Shown in pieces: positions 8,901 through 19,397 of a stretch of DNA of 20,000 nucleotides. The notes under the pieces are model-generated. The model was not told where the DNA came from, did no database searches, and saw nothing but the letters and a program-made list of their open reading frames with translations. Within the stretch, counting starts at the first letter, position 1. Every line of letters starts with the position of its first letter. The stretch comes from Catajapyx aquilonaris (Eukaryota). The translations under genes were made by a program, and so were the position numbers. Where the stretch lies: positions 116,034-136,033 of the forward strand of contig KZ538062.1 of the NCBI GenBank assembly GCA_000934665.2. The letters run 5' to 3'.

Positions 8901-9994
8901 GTATAATAATTGCTGTTGATTAAAATAACCCAATGCAACATCGCTAATTTTGTCAAACATTCAACAGACAACTGATCTACAACTACCCAGAGCAGCTGTT
9001 TGCCGATGCAGGTGTGATGGCTATTGAGCATGCGGACTTTGATGGCATTGAGCGTCTTGCACTGGTGACTGGTGGTGAAATTGTGTCTACCTTCGACAAT
9101 CCTGACCATGTTAAGCTGGGGCAATGTGATGTAATTGAGGAGGTACTGTCATTTAAATTCTTGTACATGTTTTGGGCCTAGGTGATGATGATGGTGTTTG
9201 TTAATTTGTACTGACTTTCAGGTGATGATTGGAGAAGACAAGCTGATCAAGTTCAGTGGGGTGGCCATGGGAGAAGCCTGCTCCATAGTTATTCGAGGTG
9301 CAACACAGCAAATCCTGGATGAAGCAGAAAGATCTCTTCATGACGCCTTGTGTGTGCTGGCATCAACTGTCAAGGAGACGCGAATTGTGTATGGCGGAGG
9401 TCAGTATTTCCTCTAGGTATATTTGTTGCGATGACTTAATTGCTCATTGTTAAACTTTGCAGGTTGCAGTGAAATGCTGATGGCAAATGCAGTGACCAAG
9501 GCTGCCTTGGAGACTCCTGGTAAGGAAGCTGTGGCCATGGAGGCGTTTGCGAAGGCTCTTCAGATGCTGCCAAGGATCATTGCGGACAATGCAGGATATG
9601 ACTCGGCACAACTGGTGGCTGAGCTTAGAGCGGTGCACAACAAGGGAGATTGCACCATGGGGCTAAGTGAGTTTGATTTCATTTCTTCACGGCCTCACAA
9701 GCCTTGGAAGCCAACTTGATTCTCAAAAAAATCTATGAATTGTGAATAGCCTGAGTGTGATGATGGAACATCCCAAAACATTCATACAAGTATTATTCCA
9801 CAATCTCTTGACATATTTCAGACATGGATGAGGGTAAGGTGGACTGCATGTCTAAGCTGGGAGTGACTGAGTCTTATGCTGTGAAGCGCCAAGTGCTGGT
9901 CTCAGCTTCCGAGGCTGCAGAAATGATTCTCCGTGTGGACAGCATCATCAAGAGTGCTCCACGCAGGCGGGTACCAGATAGGCATCCTTGCTAA
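5968..9994 (+). CDS. CCT2: T-complex protein 1 subunit beta (CCT2), complete spliced CDS: join(5968..5970,7689..8131,8206..8637,8968..9142,9222..9399,9463..9666,9822..9994)
   Basis: All introns are GT..AG and phases are consistent. The joined length is 1608 nt = 535 aa + stop. Group II chaperonin motifs: [43 protein letters not shown]. Beta-subunit-type ends [11 protein letters not shown]... and ...[12 protein letters not shown]. Confidence 0.97.
6161..6382 (+). ncRNA. Intronic box H/ACA-type structured RNA, copy A (CCT2 intron 1); possibly SNORA81-related
   Basis: 5' hairpin closed by CCTTCC(6163-6168)/GGAAGG(6265-6270). H box AGATTA at 6271-6276. Small hairpin GCCTTCCATT/AATGGAAGGC. 3' hairpin closed by CGGTGTTC/GAACGCCG. 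ACA at 6377-6379. Paralogous to 8666-8895 with compensatory changes. Confidence 0.8.
6570..7425. mobile_element. Non-autonomous Helitron/HINE (Lep1/DINE-1-like) element in CCT2 intron 1, containing the nested SINE
   Basis: One end is ACTAGCAGGTTACCCGGTGTTGCCCGGG (short hairpin) and the other is ...TTATTTATAGATATAGAGAT. It is inserted in a T-rich (TTTA)n tract without a TSD. Family assignment rests on end motifs only. Confidence 0.6.
6904..7147 (+). mobile_element. Second, diverged and truncated copy of the same tRNA-SINE family
   Basis: Shares AGTGGTGCTGCGG, GGGTTCGAT, CGTGCAGAGTT, CTCTGGCTTCGT, TGCACCTTGCACATCCCCTCC, CCTGCCCGTGGGCCCGGGCGCT and AATAAAGGTTCC with 5218-5560; deletion between the A and B boxes. 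Confidence 0.85.
7689..8131 (+). CDS. CCT2: CCT2 exon 2
   Basis: tttacag|GTATCC...GATAACAG|gtatgt; [17 protein letters not shown]...ASKDN. Confidence 0.96.
8206..8637 (+). CDS. CCT2: CCT2 exon 3
   Basis: ggcag|TTCTGAT...ATCAACAG|gtgaga; [21 protein letters not shown]...HGCTVFINR. Confidence 0.96.
8666..8895 (+). ncRNA. Intronic box H/ACA-type structured RNA, copy B (CCT2 intron 3); possibly SNORA81-related
   Basis: CCTTCC(8668-8673)/GGAAGG(8785-8790). H box AGATTA at 8791-8796. Small hairpin TGTGCTTT/AAAGTGCG. 3' hairpin CTAGTGCTC/GAGCGCTGG. ACA at 8890-8892. It fills most of a 330-nt intron and ends about 72 nt before the 3' splice site. Confidence 0.82.
8968..9142 (+). CDS. CCT2: CCT2 exon 4
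   Basis: caacag|ACAACTG...GAGGAG|gtactg; [43 protein letters not shown]. Confidence 0.96.
9222..9399 (+). CDS. CCT2: CCT2 exon 5
   Basis: tttcag|GTGATGATT...GGCGGAG|gtcagt; [13 protein letters not shown]...IVYGG. Confidence 0.96.
9463..9666 (+). CDS. CCT2: CCT2 exon 6
   Basis: tttgcag|GTTGCAGT...GGGCTAA|gtgagt; [10 protein letters not shown]...[14 protein letters not shown]...TMGL. Confidence 0.96.
9822..9994 (+). CDS. CCT2: CCT2 exon 7 (last coding exon)
   Basis: tttcag|ACATGGAT...[26 protein letters not shown]...[27 protein letters not shown]. Confidence 0.96.
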
Positions 9995-10145
9995 CTTATG
10001 AAATTTAATAACCCCAGCCTTTGTATTGACCTCGTTGTATTGTTTCTAATTTGGTGTTTGTAACGTTGTTTCACAAGAGGAGAGAGCAAGAAGAAGAAAA
10101 TAACCTGATAATTAAGTCCTGCTGATTTTTTTCTTACTGGTACGG

Positions 10146-10151
10146 AATAAA
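10146..10151 (+). terminator. Probable CCT2 polyadenylation signal
   Basis: AATAAA about 150 nt after the stop, followed by GT/T-rich sequence. Confidence 0.55.
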
Positions 10152-10538
10152 AGCTTACTCTGGTAGAAGTGGTTGACACTTTTTAACCTTCAAGAGACAT
10201 TTTCAGGTTTCATGATCCTCATTTATGCTATGGCTTCCGAAAGGGTGTGGCTGGATATTCAGAAAGAAGGTAATCTGAAAATGGTCCTAGACACCATAAA
10301 AATGAGCTTCTCAAGAGATTTTTAATGAACTACCCCCACTAGTGTCACTGTCAAAAAGGTGGAAGTGCCTTTGCAGGGAAAAGCATAGGAAAAATCACAA
10401 ACGAGCCCTCCATTCAGAACGATGCAATACTATAATCAGCTGAAGATAGCCAACTTTGGAAATCACATTTGATGAAGAGAGCTGACTTGGGCTAATTTCG
10501 CAGATTTCCTCATCTTGTTATGGCCCCAAGAATACTAA

Positions 10539-11310
10539 TTATCTTCGGATCTTTCGGAACAGGAAATAGTCCCTTGGGGCAAGGTCTGGGCTGTATGGCG
10601 GATGGTTCAGTGTTTGGAAGCCACATTCAGCAATGGTGGCCTGTGATTTGTGCGACATGTGCACAGGTGCGTTGTCGTGGAGAAGAAGAATGCCTAATGC
10701 AAGTCTCCCACGACTTTTGTCCTTAATTGCCTGTTGCAGAGCCCTCACAGTTGCAGCATAAGACTCCCCAGTGATGGTCTTCTTGTGAGGCATGAATTCC
10801 AGTAGTAGTAGTAGGCCATCTTCGTCCCAGAAAACAGTGGCCATGATCTTCCCTGCGGAGCGCTGCACACGGGACTTCTGCGTCGGAGAACCCTTGTGCT
10901 TCCACTACATTGACTCTTTGTTTGGATTCAGGGTCCCACTGATGGACCCATGTTTCGTCACCTGTCACCACTCGAGGGAAAAATCCATGGGGATCATCTC
11001 CAAGGCGCTCCAAATTCTCCTGACTGTACTCGCTGCGGCAGGCTTTTTGCATTGGCGTGAGCATTCTGGGCACCCACCTGGAACTGACCTTGGACATCCC
11101 CAAATTTTCATGGATAATTTTCCAAACTGTTCCTGCTGAAATGTCCAATCCCTTCACGATTTCTACAACCTTGACTCGACGGTCCATCATAATGAATGTC
11201 TCCACTTTGTCGCACATTTCCTCTGAAGATGCACTCACCGGCCGCCCTAGGTGGGGGTCATCTTCAGTTGACTCCCGTCCCCATTTGAACGGCTTACTCC
11301 AGAACTTTCA
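10539..11310 (-). mobile_element. Decayed mariner (D,D34D) transposase, 5'-truncated pseudogene
   Basis: Motifs GRESTEDD..GRP, WVPRMLT, TGDETWV, KIMATVFWD, HDNAPVH, HPPYSPDLAPRDY (34 residues between the 2nd and 3rd Asp). +1 frameshift near 10917, in-frame TAG at 10905-10907 and an early stop at 10539. No TIRs recognised. Confidence 0.92.
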
Positions 11311-11460
11311 ACAATGAAGAAATGCGATGATTAAATAGTTCCCCTCTTCAGAACCCAGATACCCACTCTTACACGTTCCAAGAAGGCAATTGACAAGTCC
11401 TCTTCTTACTGGTTAACTCCTTTCAATAATTTACACATTTTATGTTGTTTCATCTGTTTA

Positions 11461-11466
11461 TTTATT
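11461..11466 (-). terminator. Candidate ArfGAP2/3 polyadenylation signal
   Basis: Overlapping AATAAA hexamers on the minus strand (11457-11466), about 620 nt after the stop, just before the mariner remnant. Confidence 0.4.
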
Positions 11467-12080
11467 CCCAACCTATGAATGTTGCTCTAAGTTATCATTT
11501 TTTTCTTGCAATAACAGTAGATTCTTGAAGCGGTGTCCCTTTTTCTCCCATAAAGAACTACACTTGAATGCTAAGTTCCAACTGAAACTTTGCTCCATAT
11601 ACAGCATAACTTGATTTTTTCTTTTTAAAAGGCATTTTCTCCACACAAAGTAAATAACTGTACACAACATAGCACTTTCTTTAAAAATATGGGTAGTTCA
11701 ACATAAAAAGGAAAACTAACCCTTTTCTTTCACGGAAAACACTTTCACGGTTCATGAATTTCACAGTTTTCAAACTACACGTTTTCAGATACAGCACTGG
11801 GGAGGACCATGAAGTAAAAAAAGTGACATGAAAATTGCGAGTGTTGGGCAGGGATGAGCATGGGATTTGGAAGGGTGGGACAGTAAATTAAAAGAGGGAC
11901 CAATCATTGTAGCCACAAACAGACGGTGAGCTTGACGCAATTTGCACTCCTCTCGGCATCCAAACGCAATCAAATGAAAATCACCACTGACTTCCAATCT
12001 TCACTCTCTTTTGCATGTTTGCCTTTTTTTCCTCCATCATGTTATGAATAATTTTAATGTTATCAGAATTGGCTTCTTCT

Positions 12081-12101
12081 TCAGTAGTTCCCATAGCGCT
12101 C
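12081..12101 (-). CDS. ARFGAP2/3: ArfGAP2/3 canonical last coding exon (ERYGNY*)
   Basis: ttgcag|GAG CGC TAT GGG AAC TAC TGA; matches the family's (Q)DRYGSY-type C-terminus. Confidence 0.85.
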   Translation of the reverse strand, partial: ERYGNY

Positions 12102-15100
12102 CTGCAACAATGAACAGAGTAGTTAGAAATAGTAGTTAGAATAACTAAAATTACATGGAAACTGAGGGGTAATAGCCATGCATTACATTATGTGGAGACA
12201 CAAAATTTACTCGAAATATTAATTCCTCTGCCCTTAATGGCGCTCTTCCTGCAAAATTAAATTAACGTATTCATTTGCTACCCAATTCTGAAGCCTTCGC
12301 TGTTTAGGGGGGGTGTGGACACACTCTGTACATAACAATTCCAACCCTCCTCCACCCTCGTCACAAAGATGTTGGTCACTATTCTGGAATATATGACTGA
12401 ACTTGCAATATTTCATTGATACATTCAAAATAGTACAGAGGGGTGGGAGGGATAAACAAAGGTAAGTTCTAGTATGCAAAATTACAGCCTACTCATTTTG
12501 ATTACATAGTGTGGTAAGATTGAGATGCCCAAGTTAGCTCTACTTTGGCTGGCTTTTTCATGAATTAGTAAATGACAAGACACAACAATGCACAGACGGA
12601 CAATTGGAACACACAGACACAGACACACACATGCTTACCGAAGATGCTAGGGTCTTTCCAGCCAAGTCATTTACGCTGGATTGGTCAAAAAAGTAAACAG
12701 GAAGAACAAAGCTTTTGTTAGATTATTACGAATTATTCCTGCTGCACATTAGGCTACATCTAATGGTACTGTTAATTAGAATGGGGTATATGGCTAAAAG
12801 ATATTCAGTATTTTAGAACACACTTCCAACTTCTCAACACACAACTGCACAAAAAAGCATATACTTTTTACGCCAAAGCAGATGCCAGCGTACTTCTCAT
12901 AAAAATTATAATGGCATCACTGACTTTACGTTAGCTATTAGCTAGAGATATGAGTGATGATTCATTTGTTGATGCCAACTATTTCCATACTATTGTCTTC
13001 CCTTTAGTGATAACTAATCACCACTTTCATACAATCATTATAGAAAGCTTTTTAAAAACTTCCCTTTGGTCGGCATCCAAGCTTTGAAGCTAGCGCCACA
13101 CACACACATGCTTAGTCTGCCTACTGAGTAAGCCAGTGATGTGGTCAGCCATTGGATCACTACTGAGCCCACAAATGATACCTAGGACTACCAAATTTAA
13201 AAATTAATGGAACAGGACTATGGCGTAATAAAGGATACACTTAAAATGACTTCTCACATTAACAAAGGACAAACTGTACAGTCCTGGTGCAGGTCTCATT
13301 AAAATTCCAAAAGATCACTAACAGATGCAGGCCAACTTTCTGCAGATCTTACCACTCTCCTCTACCCCAGTGACACAATTCACCTCTAAGTGCATCAACC
13401 ACTACCCACTCTATTGTAGTGATGCATTTAGGTCTTCCTAAAAGAGTAAGTAACATAAGCACTCCCATTTGCCTAATGGATTGAACTTGATCAGTATTTG
13501 TATACAGTGAGTATTTGGGGTACTTTTAGTTATTGCAAATTGCACTCAAATTATTATCTTTGTGTAGCTTTTTGCACCCAATTATGTAGCAACTGCTATA
13601 TTCAAGCACACCTGGGAACAATAAATTGGGCACCTCGCTCGGTGCACAAAAAATAACAAAGCTCCAAGAGCAATGTTTCAGTATCATAAAAGTACAGTAC
13701 TATTATATACCCAACCAAAATCTAAAAAGACCTGCCTTAAAATACATCAAAAATGTCCAATAAAATTGGCAGATGACTCGGCTCACCAGTGAGTGCAGCA
13801 TCCCATTGGCTAGACTGCTGATCTTCCCTGCCACTTTCGTGACTCCCTGACGTACACTCTCCTTTACATCATCAAAGTCAGGTGCCTGGAGGCTAGAAAA
13901 GGAGGCTGATCCACTCATTCCACTACCCATTCCCCTGTCCTCGCTTCGGCCAAAGTAGTCAGCAGAAGAGATACTGCTTGAGCCTTCAAATCGGGAAAGG
14001 TTGGCACGCTTCTCCATCTGTATAGTGCAAAATTAGAATCACTTGAGAGAACCCACACACCACATAGACTTAACTCATAAGTCTCTTCCATCCAAAAAAA
14101 TCCTTTGGGTGCAATGCACTTTCTAATTTCTTCGCATTCAAACTCTAATACAGATTGTATGCACACTGCATGCGGAAGGAATAAAAACATTTTTATTACA
14201 TCTATGTCGTTGTTGTCCTGGAAGAACTGCTGTGAGGAAATGGCTTTTGCATTGCCAAACTTCTTCTGGGCCTCATTCCCAAATGATGGCTCGGAGGTAA
14301 CAGGGGCAGCTTCCCTCCTGGAGTGATGATGCCTGCTGCTGCGCTCCTCCTCTAAAATTTCACTGAGTGACGAAGAAGCTGACTTGCGCATTGGACCAAA
14401 GTCATCGTTGTCCCATAAACTCTTCTTGTTGCTGCTGCTGGAACCAAACCCAAGGTCTGACTCAAGAGAAGAGAATCCTCCAAGCTTTGATTCGAAGGAA
14501 GGGCTCTTGAATCTGCTAGGACCAGTGCCACCAATCACTTCAAAATCATCTAGAAAGTCGTCCACTCGGCGATCAAAGGAGGAACGCGGTATGGATGGGC
14601 TCTCTTGCTCGATGGTATGCATGTCACTTATTGCTGAATGACTCACACCGCTGCAGGAATGGGAGAGACGGAATGCATTTGAAAGATTTAATATAATTTA
14701 AAAACCTTTGGCAAGTTGATTGAACTCACCCTCTTGCCCCAAATCCCATTCCCAGCCTCTCGACTTGTTCTGCTTTCTTGGGATCAAGTTGCTTAATCTT
14801 CTCTTCCTCTTTCTTTCGCTGGATGGACAGGTCCTGGTAGGCCAGGCGCATAGTGGCCATCTGGCGCTCCTCCTCCTCTGCCCTTTTGGCATCACGCACT
14901 TTTGCCTCTTCAGCCATTCGCTCTCGTGCTTCATCAGCCATATGGGCTTCACGTTCAATCTCTGCAAAGTCCATCTTCACCTTTTGGGCTCCCAGGCCAC
15001 CCTTCTTGACTCCCAACTAACAACCAAGAATTGATATGTTAGCCCTGTCGTCCATAATTAATGCATATTCGAAACAAATCTTCACAAACATGCTTAGGAA

Positions 15101-18100
15101 AGAGTTGCTTTGTCACGTTCTTTTTAATTCCTCACCCCCAGCCACCGCTAAGATGTGACAACATAACATTGTCTCAGCATACGGGCAGGAACATCATTGT
15201 CAACAAGAATAATTTTTGTAAATCCCCAATCACGTAATTTAATAACTGGCAAGCAACGTTGAAGTAACTTGAACAAGTAAATTGTCAAACTCAAGTACTA
15301 CTGTAGATCTTTTAAAATATCTGGTCATCACTGAACATAAAAAAGCACTTACTCCTGCCTTCTTAGGTGCTGGTTTCCTCTGCCCAATTGTTGCTTTCCT
15401 CCCCTCATTCATTTTCAGAGCATCTGTGGGACTGGTGCTAAGTGCTGCTTCTACACTTGGAGCGCCAACATCACCAAGGTGCTGCTGGGGCTTCATCTGG
15501 GTCAGCGATGGAGACCTACCATTTTCCCAGCCCCCAGCACTGTCAGAATTCAATATGTAATCACCTGACGATTGGGTGTGCTCTTCAAAGAAGTCAATGC
15601 TCTTGTCCTCTTCCTTGTTACTTTCAGCAGGGACAGATTCAAGGTGAAGCTGAAAAGTCATTGAAGTGTAATTATTTTTACACTTACAATGGCAATGCAG
15701 GCATGCTCATATGCAAACTTGCATGATTATCATCATTACAAAATGTGACACATGAACAAATCACGATTGCGTTGGATAATTACTTTGCTTCACTGCCAAA
15801 ATTATGCTTTCAGCATGGCACACTATCGGAGACCACCAAAGTCCTGTATTTATATGAGTAGTAACTGTATTAACTTCATGCTACTGCTGCAGAAAAACAA
15901 TGCATCAGAGGTCGACTTTCCAGGCAACACACTTAGAAAGTACACCCTACGGTTATGTGCAGATACATTGTTCTTCGAAAGTATGGCAGAGTAACACACT
16001 GCATTTTTTATCTTTAAATATAATGTGAGCAATAATAATCACCATTTGACCCAACATCAAAATTAATGAGACTTTCAAAAAATTAAAACAATTGACCTGC
16101 AATTTCAGAAGACTCTCTGAGAGAAGATATTTTTAAACCTAACGGGTTGGGTAAAATCTCAGTACCAGGCCACAATCAATAGTATCGTAAAAAATTTAGC
16201 TTAAAAATATCACTCCATGGCCATATTAGAAGCAGTTATGAGTAGTAACAGCAATGGTAAAATTTCTATGATTATGTTAGAAGAAAAAAGGTGGTTAATT
16301 GGTGCAAAGTGGAGGCAGAAATGAGGTGCTTTCTCACCCCTTGTACTTGGGATTGAGTCCCAGAAGCAATACTCAGCAGGGCTGTGGGCCACAGCTGTCA
16401 TAAAAATAAAATTAAACAAAAATAACAACAGTCATGTGTGAAACCTAAGGTTTGAGGAAGGACATTTCCTTGGGATATTTCGTATGTGAGAAGGACAGAC
16501 CTTGTTTCCATGGATCCTCATTGCCTGTACAGCCAGCTGGTGAAGCTTTTCTCGGTACAGATGAGCAGCTCGAGAGTTGTACTTTTGCTGGGCGTCAGTT
16601 GATGTGCAGTTATGTTGGCAGAAGAATGTCATCTGTGGAAATACACAAGATATAATGCAGTGGTTCATTGTTTCATTAATGCACTGCACATTGCTGCATC
16701 AAGTACCATGAAAATGAGCATGTCAAAAACATCAACTGACCATGTGAAATGAATGTGATTAGAAAGAAAGTGCATACACAATGCATCATGTGTTTATTTC
16801 GTGCATTTCAACACAATTAACTCAGATATGCCTGAAAGATCTTTTGTTTAAATTTTGTTTTTTTGTTTGTTTTTATTAGTTCATGATAGTCCCCAAAACA
16901 CAACAAAAATGATAAAAAAAATTATGGAACGCTAGATTGTAAGGAAAGGGCCGTCCCCTATAGGGGACACTCGGCAAATGTAACATCTAGTATGGCTATA
17001 CTGTACAAGAAAACGTAAGATATACTCGTAGGCTGCTGTATTGAAATAAAGATTAAAGTGGTTTTTTAATTCATTGAAAAATATAGAGAAGGAATGTTAT
17101 AGCTAAGACCCAATGTCCTATTTATAGGACATCTAATTTTGCAATAAGTGATTGCAACAAAAATATGAAATTCTGAAAAATGGCTTCTACACCTCCACTG
17201 CAGAGGGTTCTTCCAAAGTATTACTAAATAATTGCACAAATGGCTTCTCTGGTCTCAGGAGGGTATAACGGAAACGTGTTCATTGCGGAATTTTAGAGTC
17301 ACGTGCTATTCAGATATGTACAGGTTTCGCTGTGTATAAATACACAGTGAAACCTGTCAACAACGGACCCTGTGTATAATGGAAACTAGCCTATTGCGAA
17401 ATTTTTCTGGTAACTGGCATATGAAAATCACACAATTTCCGCTATATTCGACACGGAAATCGTGTACGTTCCATACGCCAGTTACCAGAAGAAATCCGCA
17501 ATAGGCAAGTTTCTGTTATCCACAGGGTCCGTTGTGGACAGGTTTTACTTCCCATCTAGCTATATCAGTGAAATCTGCGCATGGCGGAAATGCACGGGAT
17601 GATAAAACTTTCCGTAATGAGCAAGTTTCCGCTATATTCGACGCGGAAATCATGTACTTTCCATACACCCGTTACCAGAAAAATTCTGCAATAGGCAAGT
17701 TTCCGTTATGTTCAGGGTCCGTTATGGACAGGATTCACTTTAGATAAATATGTAGTGAAACCTGTCCATAACGTAGCCTACCCTGAGTGTTACAAAAACT
17801 TGTCCATTGCGGAATTGTTCCGGGAACGGGCGTATGCATAGGACATAAATACCGTGTCGAATATAGCGGAAACGGCTGATATACCGTACTAGGCCTTATA
17901 TTATATCCAACATCATTAAATGGTTCGCGCGCGCTATCCGCAAAAACAGCACCACTTTTTTTTCTCCCCCCACTCTCTACCACCTCTGCCCACAATGCTT
18001 TGCGGCGTTGCAGCTTTCACTTCCAATTTTACCCGTTTGGTGCTGATGACTGGGAAAATCGTAATTTTCAGCGGAAACTTGTCAATTACGATTTTTAGGG

Positions 18101-19397
18101 CACTGTGCTATTCTGCTGTACACAGGTTTCACTGTATCCAAAAGCGAAAGTTTGTATGCATGTATGTTTGATTGTACATGGCAGTGGGTTACCATAGCTA
18201 CGATGGTTGTCGGGTAACCCTAGTTTTAAAAATAGGGATCCATAAAAATTCAGTTCGACAAAACGCACAAAATCCGCACGCATACAGTAGCTTACAGTAC
18301 TGGTACTTGACTTGCCGGTCCACATGTGGTGCATTTGCCGAGTGTCCCTCATAGGGGACACCCGATTTCAACGCCACCCTCAGACAAGGAAAGTAAAAAA
18401 TATGCCCATATTTCTACATCGACATCATCATTCATGTTTTCTAAGTATTACAAACAAAAAATGACTCATAATGCTAATCAACATTCGATAATTAATTACT
18501 AATCGTCTTCGGAACGTGGAGGTGCAGCCATTATTTCCTGCGTTAAAATTCAAACACCTGTATCTTAAAAATCTGCAGCAATATTGAGCAGGTTTGAACT
18601 TGCATCGTTAACTGGGACTCTGTCACTACTGCCAGCTCTTTAGCAGCAGAAGAACCTGCCCAAAAAAATTAAAATGTAACAACTGTGCAGGTGTCCCCTA
18701 TAGGGCACACTGGGCATATCTGGGTTAAACTGCCAAAGAGACTTGTAAGACAAAATCAGAAAGCCTCAACCATTCATGGAACAGAAAAACCACATGTGGA
18801 CTTGGAAGCAAATCCAGGCCGTAACATGCCCTGTGAATGCCAAATCACCTCTCTTCATGTAATATTAAATCATGCAGCTCAAATCAAATGAGACCATGGG
18901 AATAATCGCCAAAATCAGTTATCACCAAGCATGGCAACTACGCCATATCTCTAGTGTTCAAAGGTCCAATCTAGCATTACTTTAGCAATAGAAACCAACA
19001 TCGGGCAGTAAATAAAGAAAAATGACTACGAGGCTAAGTAGGAACACTGAACTCTAGTTGCTGTTTACATCAAAATCACTCCCAGTCCAAATGGGCACAA
19101 CCACAGCAAAAATTCATCCAGCTTTAATCTGCAAACTGGCACTTTTAATTTCACGTGGACAATGTGATGTTGAAAGTCGCCACCGAGTCATCATGGACAA
19201 CTTACAGCACTTGCATTTCCACCAAGCTGCATGTGTCTGAGCTGCACCCACGTCCAGTTGGTGTCCAGTTGTGTGGAGCGAACAAACGAGATGTGAACAC
19301 CCAGGCTGCGATGGACGGCTGAGCAGTCTATGCAGATAAAGACTCCATAAGTCACGCTTGCCCATGTTGGATTCTTGGCACTGCAGTCGAAGCACAC
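12081..19397 (-). CDS. ARFGAP2/3: ADP-ribosylation factor GTPase-activating protein 2/3 (Glo3-type), 5'-partial: complement(join(12081..12101,13787..14017,14200..14650,14730..15016,15353..15649,16501..16632,19206..19397))
   Basis: ArfGAP zinc finger CFDC-x16-CIDC followed by SAVHR and [15 protein letters not shown]. Also KYNSRAA, GLGAQKV, MRLAYQD, ERLGMG, paired Glo3 motifs AISSQQFF / SISSADYF, and C-terminal ERYGNY*. GT..AG introns with consistent phases. The first coding exon is not in the window. Confidence 0.94.
13787..14017 (-). CDS. ARFGAP2/3: ArfGAP2/3 exon
   Basis: tacag|ATGGAG...TCACTG|gtgagc; [17 protein letters not shown]...[23 protein letters not shown]. Confidence 0.94.
14200..14650 (-). 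CDS. ARFGAP2/3: ArfGAP2/3 exon
   Basis: ctgcag|CGGTGTG...ATAGAT|gtaata; [15 protein letters not shown]...[17 protein letters not shown]. Confidence 0.92.
14730..15016 (-). CDS. ARFGAP2/3: ArfGAP2/3 exon
   Basis: gttag|TTGGGA...AGAGG|gtgagt; [13 protein letters not shown]...MRLAYQD...ERLGMGFG. Confidence 0.94.
15353..15649 (-). CDS. ARFGAP2/3: ArfGAP2/3 exon
   Basis: ttttcag|CTTCAC...GCAGGA|gtaagt; LHLES...DFFEEH...[13 protein letters not shown]. Confidence 0.9.
16501..16632 (-). CDS. ARFGAP2/3: ArfGAP2/3 exon
   Basis: cacag|ATGACATTC...AACAAG|gtctgt; MTFFCQHNC...[14 protein letters not shown]...HGNK. Confidence 0.93.
16821..18724. mobile_element. Non-autonomous piggyBac-like element in an ArfGAP intron
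   Basis: TTAA|CTCAGATATGCC ... GGCATATCTGGG|TTAA (11/12 TIR match; TTAA at 16817-16820 and 18725-18728). An internal palindromic motif GTCCCCTATAGGGGACAC recurs at 16953, ~18342 and 18691. Confidence 0.7.
17262..18134. mobile_element. Cluster of four adjacent Tc1/pogo-type MITE copies (CAGTGAAACCTGT ends)
   Basis: Copies at ~17262-17332 (partial), 17345-17549 (almost fully palindromic), 17566-17739 and 17753-18134. Shared blocks TTTCCGCTATATTCGAC, GCAATAGGCAAGTTTC and CAGGGTCCGTT. Confidence 0.8.
19206..19397 (-). CDS. ARFGAP2/3: ArfGAP2/3 exon (GAP zinc finger)
   Basis: tttcag|GTGTGCTTC...AGTGCT|gtaagt; [30 protein letters not shown]...GGNASA; 64 codons. Confidence 0.96.

Noticed and set aside
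9182..9214. GTGATGA…CTGA (box C / box D-like) in CCT2 intron 4
   Set aside because: Only ~33 nt long, and the CTGA is the likely branch-point motif abutting the acceptor; too small for a C/D snoRNA.
9667..9821. Possible third H/ACA snoRNA in CCT2 intron 6 (stem followed by ACA at ~9786)
   Set aside because: Only short alternative stems; no convincing two-hairpin fold with a properly placed H box; no similarity to copies A and B.
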